A DNA stretch of 64,000 nt from a virus (Duplodnaviria; Caudoviricetes). The stretch lies in the IMG/VR virus record IMGVR_UViG_3300032327_000348, positions 1-64,000 of that record. The stretch is one strand, 5' to 3'. Below the pieces are notes generated by a model. That model ran no database searches and was not told where the DNA came from. It was given only the letters and a program-made list of their open reading frames with translations. The stretch's first letter is position 1. Each line of letters begins with the position of its first letter. Shown in pieces: positions 29,895-40,293 of the stretch. The position numbers were made by a program, and so were the translations under genes.

Positions 29895-30899
29895 TTATCC
29901 ACGCATACAAGTCGCCTGTGCAAGTGACCGCCAGTTAGCACTAATCTTAACCAAGTCTGCAACTTTCAAACACATACGCAAAGACACTTCACGCAATTTG
30001 TTGTGATTGTCCCAGATGAACGACATAATTTCATCTGTTTGTTCTTGTGTGAAATCATAGTCTTTGAACAGACCACCATCAGCATCACGGTGAACTTGCT
30101 TGATACGCAACATTTTGTCACGTTCAGTGTCAACAGTCAGGTCCAAAAAGTGACAACGACTTTGCAATGCATCCAAGTGCGGTTGCATCTTACCGGCTTT
30201 TTTAGCATCAAACGATTTGTTTGTGATGAAGATAATCGAGCCGTTGAAGTTGAAACTATTTGGGATACCTTCTTCACGCAAAATACGTGAATCTTTGTTC
30301 CAAGAGATACGGCGTGTCTTGCCTGAATCCAATGCACCTTTCAATACGTTGATAGCGTCTTGATCTTCCCAGATATCACAGTCATCAAAAACGAGAACAT
30401 TTTTAGCATCAGAAAATTTGTACAATTTAGCGAACAAACCAATGCCTGACATAGCACCTTTGACAACTTCAAAGCGAACTTTTTTGCCTGCAAGTTGATC
30501 AAACATGCTTGCTTTTTCCATTTGCAAGTTTACACCATGACTCTTACCGATACCTGCTGGGCCTGTCACAATCATAGCACGAATGTCACCACTGATGCAT
30601 GCCTTAGACATTTCATCAAGTACTCCGAAACGAGTAGCAATACGGTCCATTGCTTCTTCGTCTGTTTCTTTGGGTGTTACAACTTTCACTGTATCACGCC
30701 CTGAGACAAATTCAATCATCGATTGATTTTCAATATTAATCCGAATTTGATCGGGACGACCGGGAAACTGACCTTCATTTTTTACTGTCACAAAACCACC
30801 TTTACTTCCAAGTTGATAACCTTTTACTAATGTGAACACTTCACCTTTGATAGGTTCGTTGCGATAAAAACCACTAGTGATACGAACGATGCTTGACAT
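29895..30899 (-). CDS. P-loop / AAA-type ATPase (early)
   Basis: GPAGIGKS Walker A, LVFDDCD Walker B, ALQSR. Confidence 0.75.
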   Translation of the reverse strand: MSSIVRITSGFYRNEPIKGEVFTLVKGYQLGSKGGFVTVKNEGQFPGRPDQIRINIENQSMIEFVSGRDTVKVVTPKETDEEAMDRIATRFGVLDEMSKACISGDIRAMIVTGPAGIGKSHGVNLQMEKASMFDQLAGKKVRFEVVKGAMSGIGLFAKLYKFSDAKNVLVFDDCDIWEDQDAINVLKGALDSGKTRRISWNKDSRILREEGIPNSFNFNGSIIFITNKSFDAKKAGKMQPHLDALQSRCHFLDLTVDTERDKMLRIKQVHRDADGGLFKDYDFTQEQTDEIMSFIWDNHNKLREVSLRMCLKVADLVKISANWRSLAQATCMRG

Positions 30900-30930
30900 T
30901 TGTTTCCTTTACTTGACTGTCTAAGATTCT

Positions 30931-30959
30931 ATTATATACCCAAACCCATTTATTGTCAA
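30931..30959 (-). promoter_or_regulatory. Early promoter
   Basis: TTGACAATAAAT...TATAAT, 17-bp spacer. Confidence 0.85.
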
Positions 30960-30963
30960 CCTT

Positions 30964-31128
30964 TTAAAGGCTAGCAATATCGGCGTTCAATTCCTCAATC
31001 ATTTCATCAATTTGGGAGGCAGACATTTGGTAAGCATCGGTATTACCAAGCGCCTCTTTGATCTGGTACTTTGCGTATTCCAGAGTGTTGATAGCCTGTT
31101 CCAATTTGAGTACTTTTTGATTACGCAT
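30964..31128 (-). CDS. 54-aa coiled-coil early protein
   Basis: MRNQKVLKLEQAINTLEYAK...IASL; GGAG RBS; own promoter; not in ORF track. Confidence 0.65.
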   Translation of the reverse strand: MRNQKVLKLEQAINTLEYAKYQIKEALGNTDAYQMSASQIDEMIEELNADIASL

Positions 31129-31160
31129 TCTTTAACTCCGTTTCTTGATTCAATACAAGT

Positions 31161-31189
31161 ATTGTATCACCTAACCTATTTATTGTCAA
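31161..31189 (-). promoter_or_regulatory. Early promoter
   Basis: TTGACAATAAAT...TACAAT-ACTTGTATTGA. Confidence 0.85.
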
Positions 31190-31398
31190 ATTTTGGCAAT
31201 CAATTGAGCATGAATTTGATTCATTTCATCCTGCTCTACATAGAAATCGGACCTAGGATCATAGTATTGACCCTCTTTGTTGTCATAATACAACACTCGG
31301 CCGGAGAAATTGAACGGGCCTTCTAGGCCTTGACGAGGACCATACTTGGTACGCATATCATCCATCTGATACTTGTCTGCAACAATTTTGTAACTCAT
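31186..31398 (-). CDS. Small early protein
   Basis: GLEGPF..GRVLYYD.KEGQYYDP; its stop codon lies inside the next -35 box. Confidence 0.65.
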   Translation of the reverse strand: MSYKIVADKYQMDDMRTKYGPRQGLEGPFNFSGRVLYYDNKEGQYYDPRSDFYVEQDEMNQIHAQLIAKI

Positions 31399-31425
31399 AA
31401 AGCCCTTTCAACTGAATAAGACTCT

Positions 31426-31454
31426 ATTGTATAGCCAAAATGATTTATTGTCAA
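31426..31454 (-). promoter_or_regulatory. Early promoter
   Basis: TTGACAATAAAT...TACAAT. Confidence 0.85.
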
Positions 31455-31466
31455 ATTTACGGTAGA

Positions 31467-32267
31467 TCAAATAAATGAGAACTTATTATCTAGTTTTAGA
31501 AACTCTAAACCGTCACGAGAATTTTTTCTAAAAGTACCTTTAATAGTAATATCATTTTTATTAACTGTCATATCCATTAATGATAATAATGGATTACTAG
31601 TATCTATATTAATATTAACGAGATTATTATATCTATCACTAAACCAATATTCTTTGCGTTTATATTTTTTTGTATTAACTGAAAGTTGTTTTACAAACTT
31701 TAATTGCCTTTGGTCGACTTTAAAAGGCTCATGTTGTTTTACTTCTTTATTATATTCAAATGACATTTTTTCAAATTGAACATCATATTCATAAAACTCA
31801 GGAAGACGATATGCCAATGGCATCATATTCTCTTTAAATGTTTTACCATCACTATGAATAAATGTATTTAAATCCTCACGGAAATGAGTAAATCCTACAT
31901 TCTTCAATTTTAATACCATGATTTTCTTGCTGTAATAATCACGGATAATATTAGCCTGTGCACTATCCTCTAGTGTTACTAATCGAAATAATTCGCTATC
32001 TAATAGTTTAGTGATAATAGGTTTGGTTGTATCACTATTATTGCGATATCGTGCCCAACATATGCTTAATGCCAATAAGTCTACACCAATTTCATATACT
32101 TCATATCTTTTAACATCTGGATTATAAGAAAAATCATCAAAGTTAAGAATACTATTATAACCCGTAGCTGAACCTGCACTGGTGATTGAAATTGTGTTTT
32201 GACTTGAGGCCAACATTTGACTACCGCTAATTTGTACAGGTTGATTTTTATTTGAATACTTTGACAT
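31467..32267 (-). CDS. Hypothetical protein
   Basis: ORF following uvsY. Confidence 0.55.
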   Translation of the reverse strand: MSKYSNKNQPVQISGSQMLASSQNTISITSAGSATGYNSILNFDDFSYNPDVKRYEVYEIGVDLLALSICWARYRNNSDTTKPIITKLLDSELFRLVTLEDSAQANIIRDYYSKKIMVLKLKNVGFTHFREDLNTFIHSDGKTFKENMMPLAYRLPEFYEYDVQFEKMSFEYNKEVKQHEPFKVDQRQLKFVKQLSVNTKKYKRKEYWFSDRYNNLVNINIDTSNPLLSLMDMTVNKNDITIKGTFRKNSRDGLEFLKLDNKFSFI

Positions 32268-32269
32268 TT

Positions 32270-32728
32270 TTATCCAATTGTAATATCTTCCATGCCGGCT
32301 GCTCTTAGACGAACAATATGACCTAACATGAAATTTTTTGATTCTAACGATTTCATTATACCGAGCCAGCGATTACGCAATAGTGCTACTTCGTTAATCA
32401 ACACTTCCATGTCAATTACTTCATCTTCACCTTCTGCATACTTTTCAGCATCACGACTTGTCAATGCTCTATTATACGCTTCTAAATATTTTTGAAAATG
32501 TTTTTGGCGAATTTTCCTTAATTGAATATTGAGATAGTTTAATACTGCTTCTATTTCTTGCAATTGGTTAAAACGATGTTCCGTGATACCGGGTAAAGCG
32601 GCAATGTTTTTTTCAACATTGCCGTATACCTTTACTTCTTGTTTAGCCGAAATTAATTCGGCTTCATAGTGAGTTATGAAATCAGGTATCACACCAAGAT
32701 TTTGGGTGATGCGTGTATACCAATTCAT
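32270..32728 (-). CDS. uvsY: Recombination mediator UvsY
   Basis: Helical, LTSRDAEKY..GE..V pattern; downstream of uvsX. Confidence 0.75.
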   Translation of the reverse strand: MNWYTRITQNLGVIPDFITHYEAELISAKQEVKVYGNVEKNIAALPGITEHRFNQLQEIEAVLNYLNIQLRKIRQKHFQKYLEAYNRALTSRDAEKYAEGEDEVIDMEVLINEVALLRNRWLGIMKSLESKNFMLGHIVRLRAAGMEDITIG

Positions 32729-32980
32729 TTAATCCCATTCTTCGTCAGAGTCATCTTCTTCATAATCTTCATATTCATCCTCAACATCATGTTGTGACAT
32801 ATACTCTTTGAGAGCAATAAGCACTTCTTTGTCGCCAGTAAAGGCATCTTTGATATCTTCGGCTTCATAATTATTATCAATCAGTAGATTGACTAGTGAA
32901 TCTGCCGCTTCACTACGATCATTAAAATCAATATGGGAACGCAATGCATCCCATATCTCAACTGTGAAATCTAAACTCAT
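32729..32980 (-). CDS. Small acidic protein
   Basis: Coupled ORF, D/E-rich tail. Confidence 0.6.
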   Translation of the reverse strand: MSLDFTVEIWDALRSHIDFNDRSEAADSLVNLLIDNNYEAEDIKDAFTGDKEVLIALKEYMSQHDVEDEYEDYEEDDSDEEWD

Positions 32981-34044
32981 ACTGTATCATCCTCCTCCGA
33001 TGTTACAGTACTTATCTTTGTCGTTGCCTTTTGTCCATACTCGCTCATTACTTTATCTAAGCAACCATCAGTGTTAGCTTCCCATGCTTTGCGAAACTTC
33101 TTAATGATTTCACCATCAAGTGTTGTATAGACTAATGAGTTACCTTCTTTCTTAACAAGTTCAGCCTTCTCAATCATATCTAATAGACCTGAGTAGGGGC
33201 TCATACCTGTTTCATAAGGAATCTTAACTTGTACTGATTCGAATGGTTTGGCATAACGAGTTTTCATAATCTTACATGCGGCACGAATACCTTTAACATC
33301 ACTAATCTTGTTACCGTCTTCGTCTTCTTTGAGTTTCAACTTCTTCATAGCAACTAGAATACTAGATGCGTAGACAAAACCTTGACCACCTGATACTTTG
33401 TCATCTGGATCAAACATATCTTGACTTGCATATGTGTGATTAGTTGCAACCATACCGATGCCCAAGTTACCAAACATGTTAACACAGTTACGAACAAGTG
33501 CGGCAAGTGCCTTAGGCTTACGACCCATGTCACCCTTCATATCACCTGCTTCAAATTGATTAACGTCAGTGGGAGTCAACAACATACCCAATGAGTCAAT
33601 TACAAATAGTACTTTTGGTCTATCTGTTTCAGGCAATGATTTGTAATCTTTAACAAACATAGAAATAGTTTTACCCACTTCGTCAATCATAGCCATGTTA
33701 AGTTTAAGCAACTTACTTTCGTCAGTGCTTACACCCAATGCATGTAACCATGCTTCATCAAGTGCGTTTTCTGAATCAATCAGAACAACAAATATTCCTT
33801 GTTCTTGTGCGTGTCGGATGAGGTTTCCGGAGCAGATGAAGCTTTTTCCCGCGCCTGACTCTCCGGCAAAGACAGTAACTTTACCAAGAGGTACGCCTTT
33901 ATTAAAATCACCACTAATGAGGTAGTTGAGAGCATAATTTCCTGTCGAGATCCAATCAGTTGGGTCATGAAAACCAATAGATAGACCATCAATACTTTTT
34001 GTAATATCTTTTCTAAATTTACTTACATCAAACGGTTTTGCCAT
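32977..34044 (-). CDS. uvsX: RecA-like recombinase UvsX
   Basis: GESGAGKS, DSENA, IDSLG, SGGQG. Confidence 0.92.
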   Translation of the reverse strand: MAKPFDVSKFRKDITKSIDGLSIGFHDPTDWISTGNYALNYLISGDFNKGVPLGKVTVFAGESGAGKSFICSGNLIRHAQEQGIFVVLIDSENALDEAWLHALGVSTDESKLLKLNMAMIDEVGKTISMFVKDYKSLPETDRPKVLFVIDSLGMLLTPTDVNQFEAGDMKGDMGRKPKALAALVRNCVNMFGNLGIGMVATNHTYASQDMFDPDDKVSGGQGFVYASSILVAMKKLKLKEDEDGNKISDVKGIRAACKIMKTRYAKPFESVQVKIPYETGMSPYSGLLDMIEKAELVKKEGNSLVYTTLDGEIIKKFRKAWEANTDGCLDKVMSEYGQKATTKISTVTSEEDDTV

Positions 34045-34236
34045 TTAGTTGTCCATTTCCATTGATAGTGTTTCTTTGATTACTGCAAAAAGTTCTTCGT
34101 CAGTATTACAAAGAATTTTATAAGTCTTCCAATCGTTTTCACTATCACGACCGCCAACTTCAATCATATAACCATTGTCATAACGGTTAACAGTAAATGA
34201 CTCATTTACTTTGTTTAGTTTTTTTAGGTATTTCAT
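34045..34236 (-). CDS. Hypothetical protein
   Basis: RBS AAGGA; YDNGYMIEVGGR. Confidence 0.6.
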   Translation of the reverse strand: MKYLKKLNKVNESFTVNRYDNGYMIEVGGRDSENDWKTYKILCNTDEELFAVIKETLSMEMDN

Positions 34237-34245
34237 AATATTCCT

Positions 34246-34476
34246 TTATTGTTTGTGCATACTAGTATACACATTAAATGGCTGTTTGTTGAGTAAATCG
34301 GGACATTTTTCAGCCATCGATTCTAGTTCGTAATCATTAGGATAGTGCCGTAATGCACCTCTTGCACGGTCACGAACAATCCCTGGCACTCTAGGTGTAC
34401 GTCCGGGGTCGCATAGTTCTTCCAATAATTTCTTACCCTGTTTTAGGGCACGATATCGTTCATCTGGGAGTGTCAT
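34246..34476 (-). CDS. Hypothetical protein
   Basis: MTLPDERYRA...TPRVP...LRHYP. Confidence 0.6.
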   Translation of the reverse strand: MTLPDERYRALKQGKKLLEELCDPGRTPRVPGIVRDRARGALRHYPNDYELESMAEKCPDLLNKQPFNVYTSMHKQ

Positions 34477-34523
34477 AATAATTCCTTAGGTAGGGAGAAA
34501 TAATTCTCCCCACGTGTTAAGTT

Positions 34524-35519
34524 TTACTTATTTTGTCTAGCACGAATCATCGCTAGGATGTCTTGTGCTTTGTCGCTTGATGTTCCAGTAGACTTAGGAA
34601 CTTCAATTGGTGCAGTTGCGGTTGATGCTTCATCTTCCCATGGAGCAGACTCTGCTACAGGTGCTGTTACGGGAGCGCTGGTTCCAGCAGACGCAGTAGG
34701 TTGTACCGAACTAGATCCAGATGGTGCCTCTAATCCATATGGACGATAGTAATTTCCCCATCGTTCGTTGTCATATGGTTGACCTTCAACTGATGCCTCA
34801 AACATTTCTTTGATAATACGCAATTCTGCTTCTGACGGCTTCTTAGGTAAGAAGGATTTTAAATCAAACAAACCATGTGCTTCAATAGCAGTTTGTTCTG
34901 CTTCTGTGAGTGGAGATTCTTTACGAGCCCAGTTACTTGTTGAGTAATCCGCATAACCACCCTTGCTTGTTTTCTTAATGTTGAAATCAAGACCACGCAA
35001 GAAGTCTGTTGGCAATTCTTCAATCTCTGGATCCATCAAACCTGCTTTAACGATTGGAATGATTTGTGGGCTGATGATGAATCTACGAATAGGGTTCGCA
35101 GGAGTCTTGTCATCGCCTAGTGGATTCTGACGAACAAAACCTTGGAATAGATAACTGCGCTTCTTCCAATACTTGTTAGCCATTTCTTTCAACGATTCGT
35201 CTTTATACCAAGGACGAACTTCTGCTAAGATAGGGCAGTTATCACCATACATTTCTACGCATGGTACTTGTACTTCAATTCGTTTAGAGTTAGGATCGCC
35301 CTTAACACCATTGAATGGAAGTTTGATAATTTGTTTTTCAACCCAGAAGAAATCATTCTTTGAATCGCCATCAGGCAAGAAACGAATTGAAGCAGTTGTG
35401 CCTTCATCCATGTTCCAATGTGCGTAGACTGAGTTATCTGATTGGGTGTTAGAACCCTTGTTTTGTGACTTGTTTTCTTGAGCGGCAATTCGCGCTCTGA
35501 TTTCTGCTAATGATGCCAT
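34524..35519 (-). CDS. gp32: Single-stranded DNA-binding protein gp32
   Basis: IRFLPDG, GLDFNIKKT.KGGYADYSTS; next to uvsX. Confidence 0.88.
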   Translation of the reverse strand: MASLAEIRARIAAQENKSQNKGSNTQSDNSVYAHWNMDEGTTASIRFLPDGDSKNDFFWVEKQIIKLPFNGVKGDPNSKRIEVQVPCVEMYGDNCPILAEVRPWYKDESLKEMANKYWKKRSYLFQGFVRQNPLGDDKTPANPIRRFIISPQIIPIVKAGLMDPEIEELPTDFLRGLDFNIKKTSKGGYADYSTSNWARKESPLTEAEQTAIEAHGLFDLKSFLPKKPSEAELRIIKEMFEASVEGQPYDNERWGNYYRPYGLEAPSGSSSVQPTASAGTSAPVTAPVAESAPWEDEASTATAPIEVPKSTGTSSDKAQDILAMIRARQNK

Positions 35520-35597
35520 GATTAATTTTCCTTAATAAAATTGAGATGGTCTCTGTTTAATATTCGCCACTCACCACGAGTGACTAACACAAGAGTA

Positions 35598-35626
35598 AGT
35601 ATAGCAGTACTTTACTCTCCTGTCAA
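35598..35626 (-). promoter_or_regulatory. Early promoter of gp32
   Basis: TTGACA-17-TATACT. Confidence 0.8.
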
Positions 35627-35648
35627 TAGTATTTATGCCAGATGTGGT

Positions 35649-35672
35649 AAACCGCACAAAAAAGTGCGGTTT
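35649..35672. terminator. Hairpin / probable terminator
   Basis: AAACCGCAC/GTGCGGTTT. Confidence 0.6.
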
Positions 35673-35682
35673 ATTTACCCTT

Positions 35683-36573
35683 TTATACTGTTGCTGGTTT
35701 AGATGCTGTTGTAGTTTTTCGGGTCGCTAGTGTTTTGTCCGCAGCATTTTTTACTGCTACTACGGCCGGCGTTTGCATTTTTGGTAACTGCGCCTGTATC
35801 ATTTTAATCATTCTAGCATCTTCTGGATTATTAGGATTCAATTTCTGTCCACCAATTTTAACTGGTTCAGACTGCATAGATTGTTTAGTTTGTGCCACCG
35901 GTGCCGGTTTTGTCTGTGTAGTAGGTTGAGTTTTTGCAATCGTAGATGATACGGGCGCAGTTGGGGCGCCCTTAATTGTAGTAGTTGTTTTTCCGTATCC
36001 AGTTGGGCCGGTTGCAAAATTAGCAGCTTTAGCCACTGCTGGCTTTGCATATTTTTCCATACCGGGCATCTTCATTACATTAGTAGCATTAAAACCCTGT
36101 GGTGTAACAGTATTACTAGTTGGTTGTGCTGGCTGAGGTTGTTGGGCTGTTGCTTGTTGTTTTCGCTGTACTGCAGGAATATTAACATTTTGTCCCGTAG
36201 CCCACCATGGCTTAGCCGGCGTGTTACTAACTGGTGCAGTAGTTTGGGTAGGTTCTTGTTGAACAGGTTCTTGTTGAACAGGTGCCTTTATCTTTCTACC
36301 CATTATATCTAAACCCTTACCTTGACCGGCAGGTCTTGCAAATTGTTTACTAAGAGGATTATTATACGATTTAGTTTGTACTGTGCCGGGCGTGAACATA
36401 CCACTTTGAGGGTCAGTACCAGATTTTGCACCAGATACAGTACCTCGACCAGGTATTTCCCTATTTGCCTTTCGCTGTGCTCTAACTGCTTTGGCTGCTT
36501 CATCTCTATCAAGTTGTGATTTGAAATCACCACCTAATGGATTCTGTACACGAACAACTTCATCAATACGCAT
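35683..36573 (-). CDS. Low-complexity Q/P/T/A/K-rich late protein
   Basis: MRIDEV start; disordered composition. Confidence 0.55.
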   Translation of the reverse strand: MRIDEVVRVQNPLGGDFKSQLDRDEAAKAVRAQRKANREIPGRGTVSGAKSGTDPQSGMFTPGTVQTKSYNNPLSKQFARPAGQGKGLDIMGRKIKAPVQQEPVQQEPTQTTAPVSNTPAKPWWATGQNVNIPAVQRKQQATAQQPQPAQPTSNTVTPQGFNATNVMKMPGMEKYAKPAVAKAANFATGPTGYGKTTTTIKGAPTAPVSSTIAKTQPTTQTKPAPVAQTKQSMQSEPVKIGGQKLNPNNPEDARMIKMIQAQLPKMQTPAVVAVKNAADKTLATRKTTTASKPATV

Positions 36574-38543
36574 TATTTTCTCAACAATCTTTTGATTGTA
36601 TCGAGGTCTTCTTGTCCTTCACTGAACTTGAATTTCTTAATTTGGTCAGTACTATGTCCGGTTTTTGCGCCTGGTCGTTCTTTATGTTTCTCTTCCGGAC
36701 TATCAGGATGGGTAGAATCATCATAACCACCATATGATTTTGGACCTGATTGATGTTTTGTTACTCCATCCTTATGTGTAACTTTGCCACCTTTGTGAGT
36801 AGTTGATTCACCGTCACTCTCACCAACTAAGTCACCAATCGTTGCTGGCTTGTTTGCTTTGGGACCTTTGTTACGCCATTGTCCTGCTTCACCTGTAGCA
36901 TAGTCACCTGCGAACTCATCTTCTGTTACAGGTTCTTCTTTCTTGCTATACTTGGCACGAATGTTTTGCATTGTTTTCTCGCTAGCATCGTCACGACCTG
37001 CATCACGCAATGCGTCCATACCATCTTTACCGTATTTCTTGTCACCTAAATATGCTTGTAGTGCGCTTTCGTCAATTTCTTCGCCGGCTCTAAATCTTTT
37101 AACCATTGCTTTAAGTGCTTCAAGTTTGTCATCAGGTACATCCATATAATGATCGTGTCCCATTTTCTTCGATGCTTTACTTAATGCAGTGAAGTGATCC
37201 ATCTTATCATTGTTTTGCTTTTTATCACTTCTCAATGAACTGTCGGCTTGACCCATATCAACTTCATCGGTGCGCTTCTCAACATCACTATATGCCATGC
37301 TTGGCTTACCATTTTGTGGATTACGAACACCTGCTTTGTCTTTCAAGTCTTTTAATAAATCTTCGTCACTTCCATGTCCTAATTTATCTAGTACCTTGCC
37401 GCCAACTTTCTTAACCATATCCATCATGCCTTCAGGAACACCCTGTGGGTTATTACTTGTTAGACTTTCTTCTTCTGTTAAATCTGAATCTGCGTTGTCT
37501 ATTGCATCATCTGCTTCGTTATCTGCAATATCTAAATCACCTTCGATTAACTTGTCAGCCCATTCACTTAATTCGTTAACCTCTGACATTTCACTAATTT
37601 TCTTCTGTAGTTTAGATAAGATAGGCATTACTGACTCAATGCGTGGATCAACTGTTTCTTGTACAAACAATTCGTTGATGTTGCTCATGTCACTATCATC
37701 TTCCATTAATGGAGGAGTCCAACTTTCAAAGTAACTATTGTAACCACGGTGGCCGGCCAGTTTACCTAGACTTTCACGCAATGATTGATAATGATTGATG
37801 CCTTCAGCAATCAATTTCTGTGTTGATTCGTTGAATTGACCACTGCGAGTAGCACGAACAAATCCTGCCATCTTTTGATATTCTTCGCATAAGCTACCAA
37901 TGTGATTCCAACGATCATCATGTGGCTTACCACCTTCAGCAATATGTCTAGCATATACACGTGCAATACCAGGCTTTGTTGTAGGAGCCAAGAATCTTTC
38001 ACCGTGTTCATTCTCAAGGAAGATGCGTTCAACATTACGATATCGTTGTTCGCCTTCTTCGATATGGCGACTGTGTTGTAACACAATTTTTACACTAGGT
38101 ACAGCATCACTGTAACTTGCTTTTTTGCCCATTGGGTAGTAACCTTCTGCAATTGATTCTTTTTTCTTCATATATTCCCTCTTTGCCATGTCGTGCTTTA
38201 AGTTGTTTACATTCTTCAATTCGAAACTCAATTGATATTTTTGTGAAAATTTCTTCAATTGGTTTAGTAATTTATACCAAGATACGTCATCTGATTCTGA
38301 TTCTTCTTTTTCACTATTAGCAACATCATCACTAAAGTAAACAGTTAATTTATGTAAACCGTCAATAGAAATAGTGACTGTTCCATAATCTTCTCCATCT
38401 TTAACAAAGTTAAATTGAAAAACTTCTGCTTCTTCTGGTGTAGGAATTTCCTTACCTGAAGTACTTAACATAGTAGGATCTAGGCCCTTGCTATGCAATA
38501 GTTCAAATAGTGTGCGGTTTAATGATTCTGTGTTTTTTGGCAT
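36573..38543 (-). CDS. Large late protein, putative internal head protein
   Basis: Late promoter; modular C-half punctuated by (I/L/V)xE motifs. Confidence 0.55.
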   Translation of the reverse strand: MPKNTESLNRTLFELLHSKGLDPTMLSTSGKEIPTPEEAEVFQFNFVKDGEDYGTVTISIDGLHKLTVYFSDDVANSEKEESESDDVSWYKLLNQLKKFSQKYQLSFELKNVNNLKHDMAKREYMKKKESIAEGYYPMGKKASYSDAVPSVKIVLQHSRHIEEGEQRYRNVERIFLENEHGERFLAPTTKPGIARVYARHIAEGGKPHDDRWNHIGSLCEEYQKMAGFVRATRSGQFNESTQKLIAEGINHYQSLRESLGKLAGHRGYNSYFESWTPPLMEDDSDMSNINELFVQETVDPRIESVMPILSKLQKKISEMSEVNELSEWADKLIEGDLDIADNEADDAIDNADSDLTEEESLTSNNPQGVPEGMMDMVKKVGGKVLDKLGHGSDEDLLKDLKDKAGVRNPQNGKPSMAYSDVEKRTDEVDMGQADSSLRSDKKQNNDKMDHFTALSKASKKMGHDHYMDVPDDKLEALKAMVKRFRAGEEIDESALQAYLGDKKYGKDGMDALRDAGRDDASEKTMQNIRAKYSKKEEPVTEDEFAGDYATGEAGQWRNKGPKANKPATIGDLVGESDGESTTHKGGKVTHKDGVTKHQSGPKSYGGYDDSTHPDSPEEKHKERPGAKTGHSTDQIKKFKFSEGQEDLDTIKRLLRK

Positions 38544-38582
38544 CTTGGTAGTTTATCTTATTATATATTTATCAAATTTGTG

Positions 38583-39641
38583 TTAACTCATGACCGCAAA
38601 AAACGGCAATGGAGCGACAAATTCATCGTGGTCACGAATCTGATTCTCTAAATCAAAGTGATAATCACTTAATTGCTGTAACATTCGTGTTACTAATAAA
38701 CTAGCCATGATCAAATCATCTGTATCACCAATCTTAGCCGCATAACTACCACCATGTGCCACAAATGCTTTTAATTCACTGATAAGACTACGACTATTTA
38801 TGGTCATTTTCTTACTTTCAACTAGAGTCTTAAACTTAGCGCAACTTGCTAGTTTACTCTTATTAGTTGTGTTGAATCCTCTACGACCTTTACCGGTTTC
38901 ACTGATAAAGATACCCGGAATACCTGATTCTCCGTATTCATTTAATGATACGATAGCGGCTTCACCAATACCATTACATTCAATACTGTAATAGATATTG
39001 TTAGGTTCTCCTGTACATTCTGCTATGTACTTGTTAATCTGAGACAATAATTTGATTTGGCTTGGAATGTCAGTTTTATTATGTTTCCATTCACCAATCT
39101 GTTTAGTAGTATTTGCTTCAAATATCTGAATAGCGGCTGGGTCACCACCTGTACCAAGACTTGGATCTAAACCTACACAATATAGATTACCCTTCTTAGG
39201 TGTGTCATACCAACGAACTTGTCCTATACGACTGACAGGTTCTATACCTTCCAGTGCAATTAATGTATTTGGATTGATAAGTGTTTCATCGGCAATAATA
39301 AATTCGCAATTGGAGCATAAAATTCCATTAGCATAAAATCTTTTATTATTTCCAACATTCACTAGATCATATACGGTTTCAATAGCATTTTCTTTTATTG
39401 ATATTACCTTCTGTACTCCGGCGGTTGTCCTAATTAATGCTCCGGCTGTAAGTTGTTCTACTCTTACCTTCTCGTATGACTCTGTAAATATTTCATGATC
39501 CGGAGTCAGTATTATTTGAGAATTCTCTAAAGTTAGAATAACAGTATGCATAACGCCTTTATTAACTAGGCCATCAAATGTCTGCCATCCTGAATCTGTT
39601 AAAACTTCCAAACCTAATTTATTTTTTAGTAACTCTACCAT
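38583..39641 (-). CDS. terL: Terminase large subunit C-terminal (nuclease) half fused behind split-intein IntC
   Basis: aa1-111 intein (TPDH block B; VYDL..RFYANGILCSN), then CEFIIAD...GLDPSLGTGGD...IECNGIG...DDLIMA. Confidence 0.9.
   Translation of the reverse strand: MVELLKNKLGLEVLTDSGWQTFDGLVNKGVMHTVILTLENSQIILTPDHEIFTESYEKVRVEQLTAGALIRTTAGVQKVISIKENAIETVYDLVNVGNNKRFYANGILCSNCEFIIADETLINPNTLIALEGIEPVSRIGQVRWYDTPKKGNLYCVGLDPSLGTGGDPAAIQIFEANTTKQIGEWKHNKTDIPSQIKLLSQINKYIAECTGEPNNIYYSIECNGIGEAAIVSLNEYGESGIPGIFISETGKGRRGFNTTNKSKLASCAKFKTLVESKKMTINSRSLISELKAFVAHGGSYAAKIGDTDDLIMASLLVTRMLQQLSDYHFDLENQIRDHDEFVAPLPFFAVMS
39309..39641 (-). other. Split intein, C-terminal fragment (111 aa)
   Basis: Blocks B, F, G; terminal Ser-Asn followed by Cys+1 (39306-39308). 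Confidence 0.88.
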
Positions 39642-40293
39642 TTACAAACCCTTCGTGTTGCATTCCTTCTCTGAATTGTCTATTTTCTTTTCCATTATTA
39701 AACCATCTTAATCCTTTTTTGGATTGATTAGTTATTAATCGGCCTGCATTAAATCCTGCAGGTATAATGTCCCCGTAATATTCAGTTGTACCATCATTAA
39801 ACCATTTTTTACTTAAACTTGTACCTATTCTTCCTTTTTGTGCAATGCTTATATTTTTACACCTGACAGGATCTTTTAAATAATCATAATGATTTGGTTT
39901 AGACCTTGATTTGCGCTGAGATTCTCTTTCATCATCTGACCATAATGTTCCTTTATTGCGGCCGCCGTGTCCGGGTAATGTCAGACCCTTATTCCAGGGA
40001 ACACTATTTGTAGTTCCTTCGCCTCCGTCAGTTCTATTTCTCAAAATGCCGGTGCCTAAATCTTTTCTACCGTACCATTGAATCATCCGTCTTTCTAATG
40101 CAATAGCCCCTATTTCAGTAAGTTCTTGTTCTAAAATAGTAATATTATTATATGATGGGCGTTTAATATTTTCGTGTAATTGCCAAGCTCGTTTATTTTT
40201 ACCCTTACCAATATAATACGGTGTTCCGTCTGGCCTAAGATATGCATACACATAATATCCTGCAGGAATACGGTGAGGTGAATAAATAGTCAT
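39619..40293 (-). mobile_element. GIY-YIG homing endonuclease between the two terL halves
   Basis: YYVYAYLRPDGTPYYIGKG..RAW, LRNRTDGGEG, WFNDG/WFNNG repeats; start inferred from RBS GGGAG. Confidence 0.85.
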
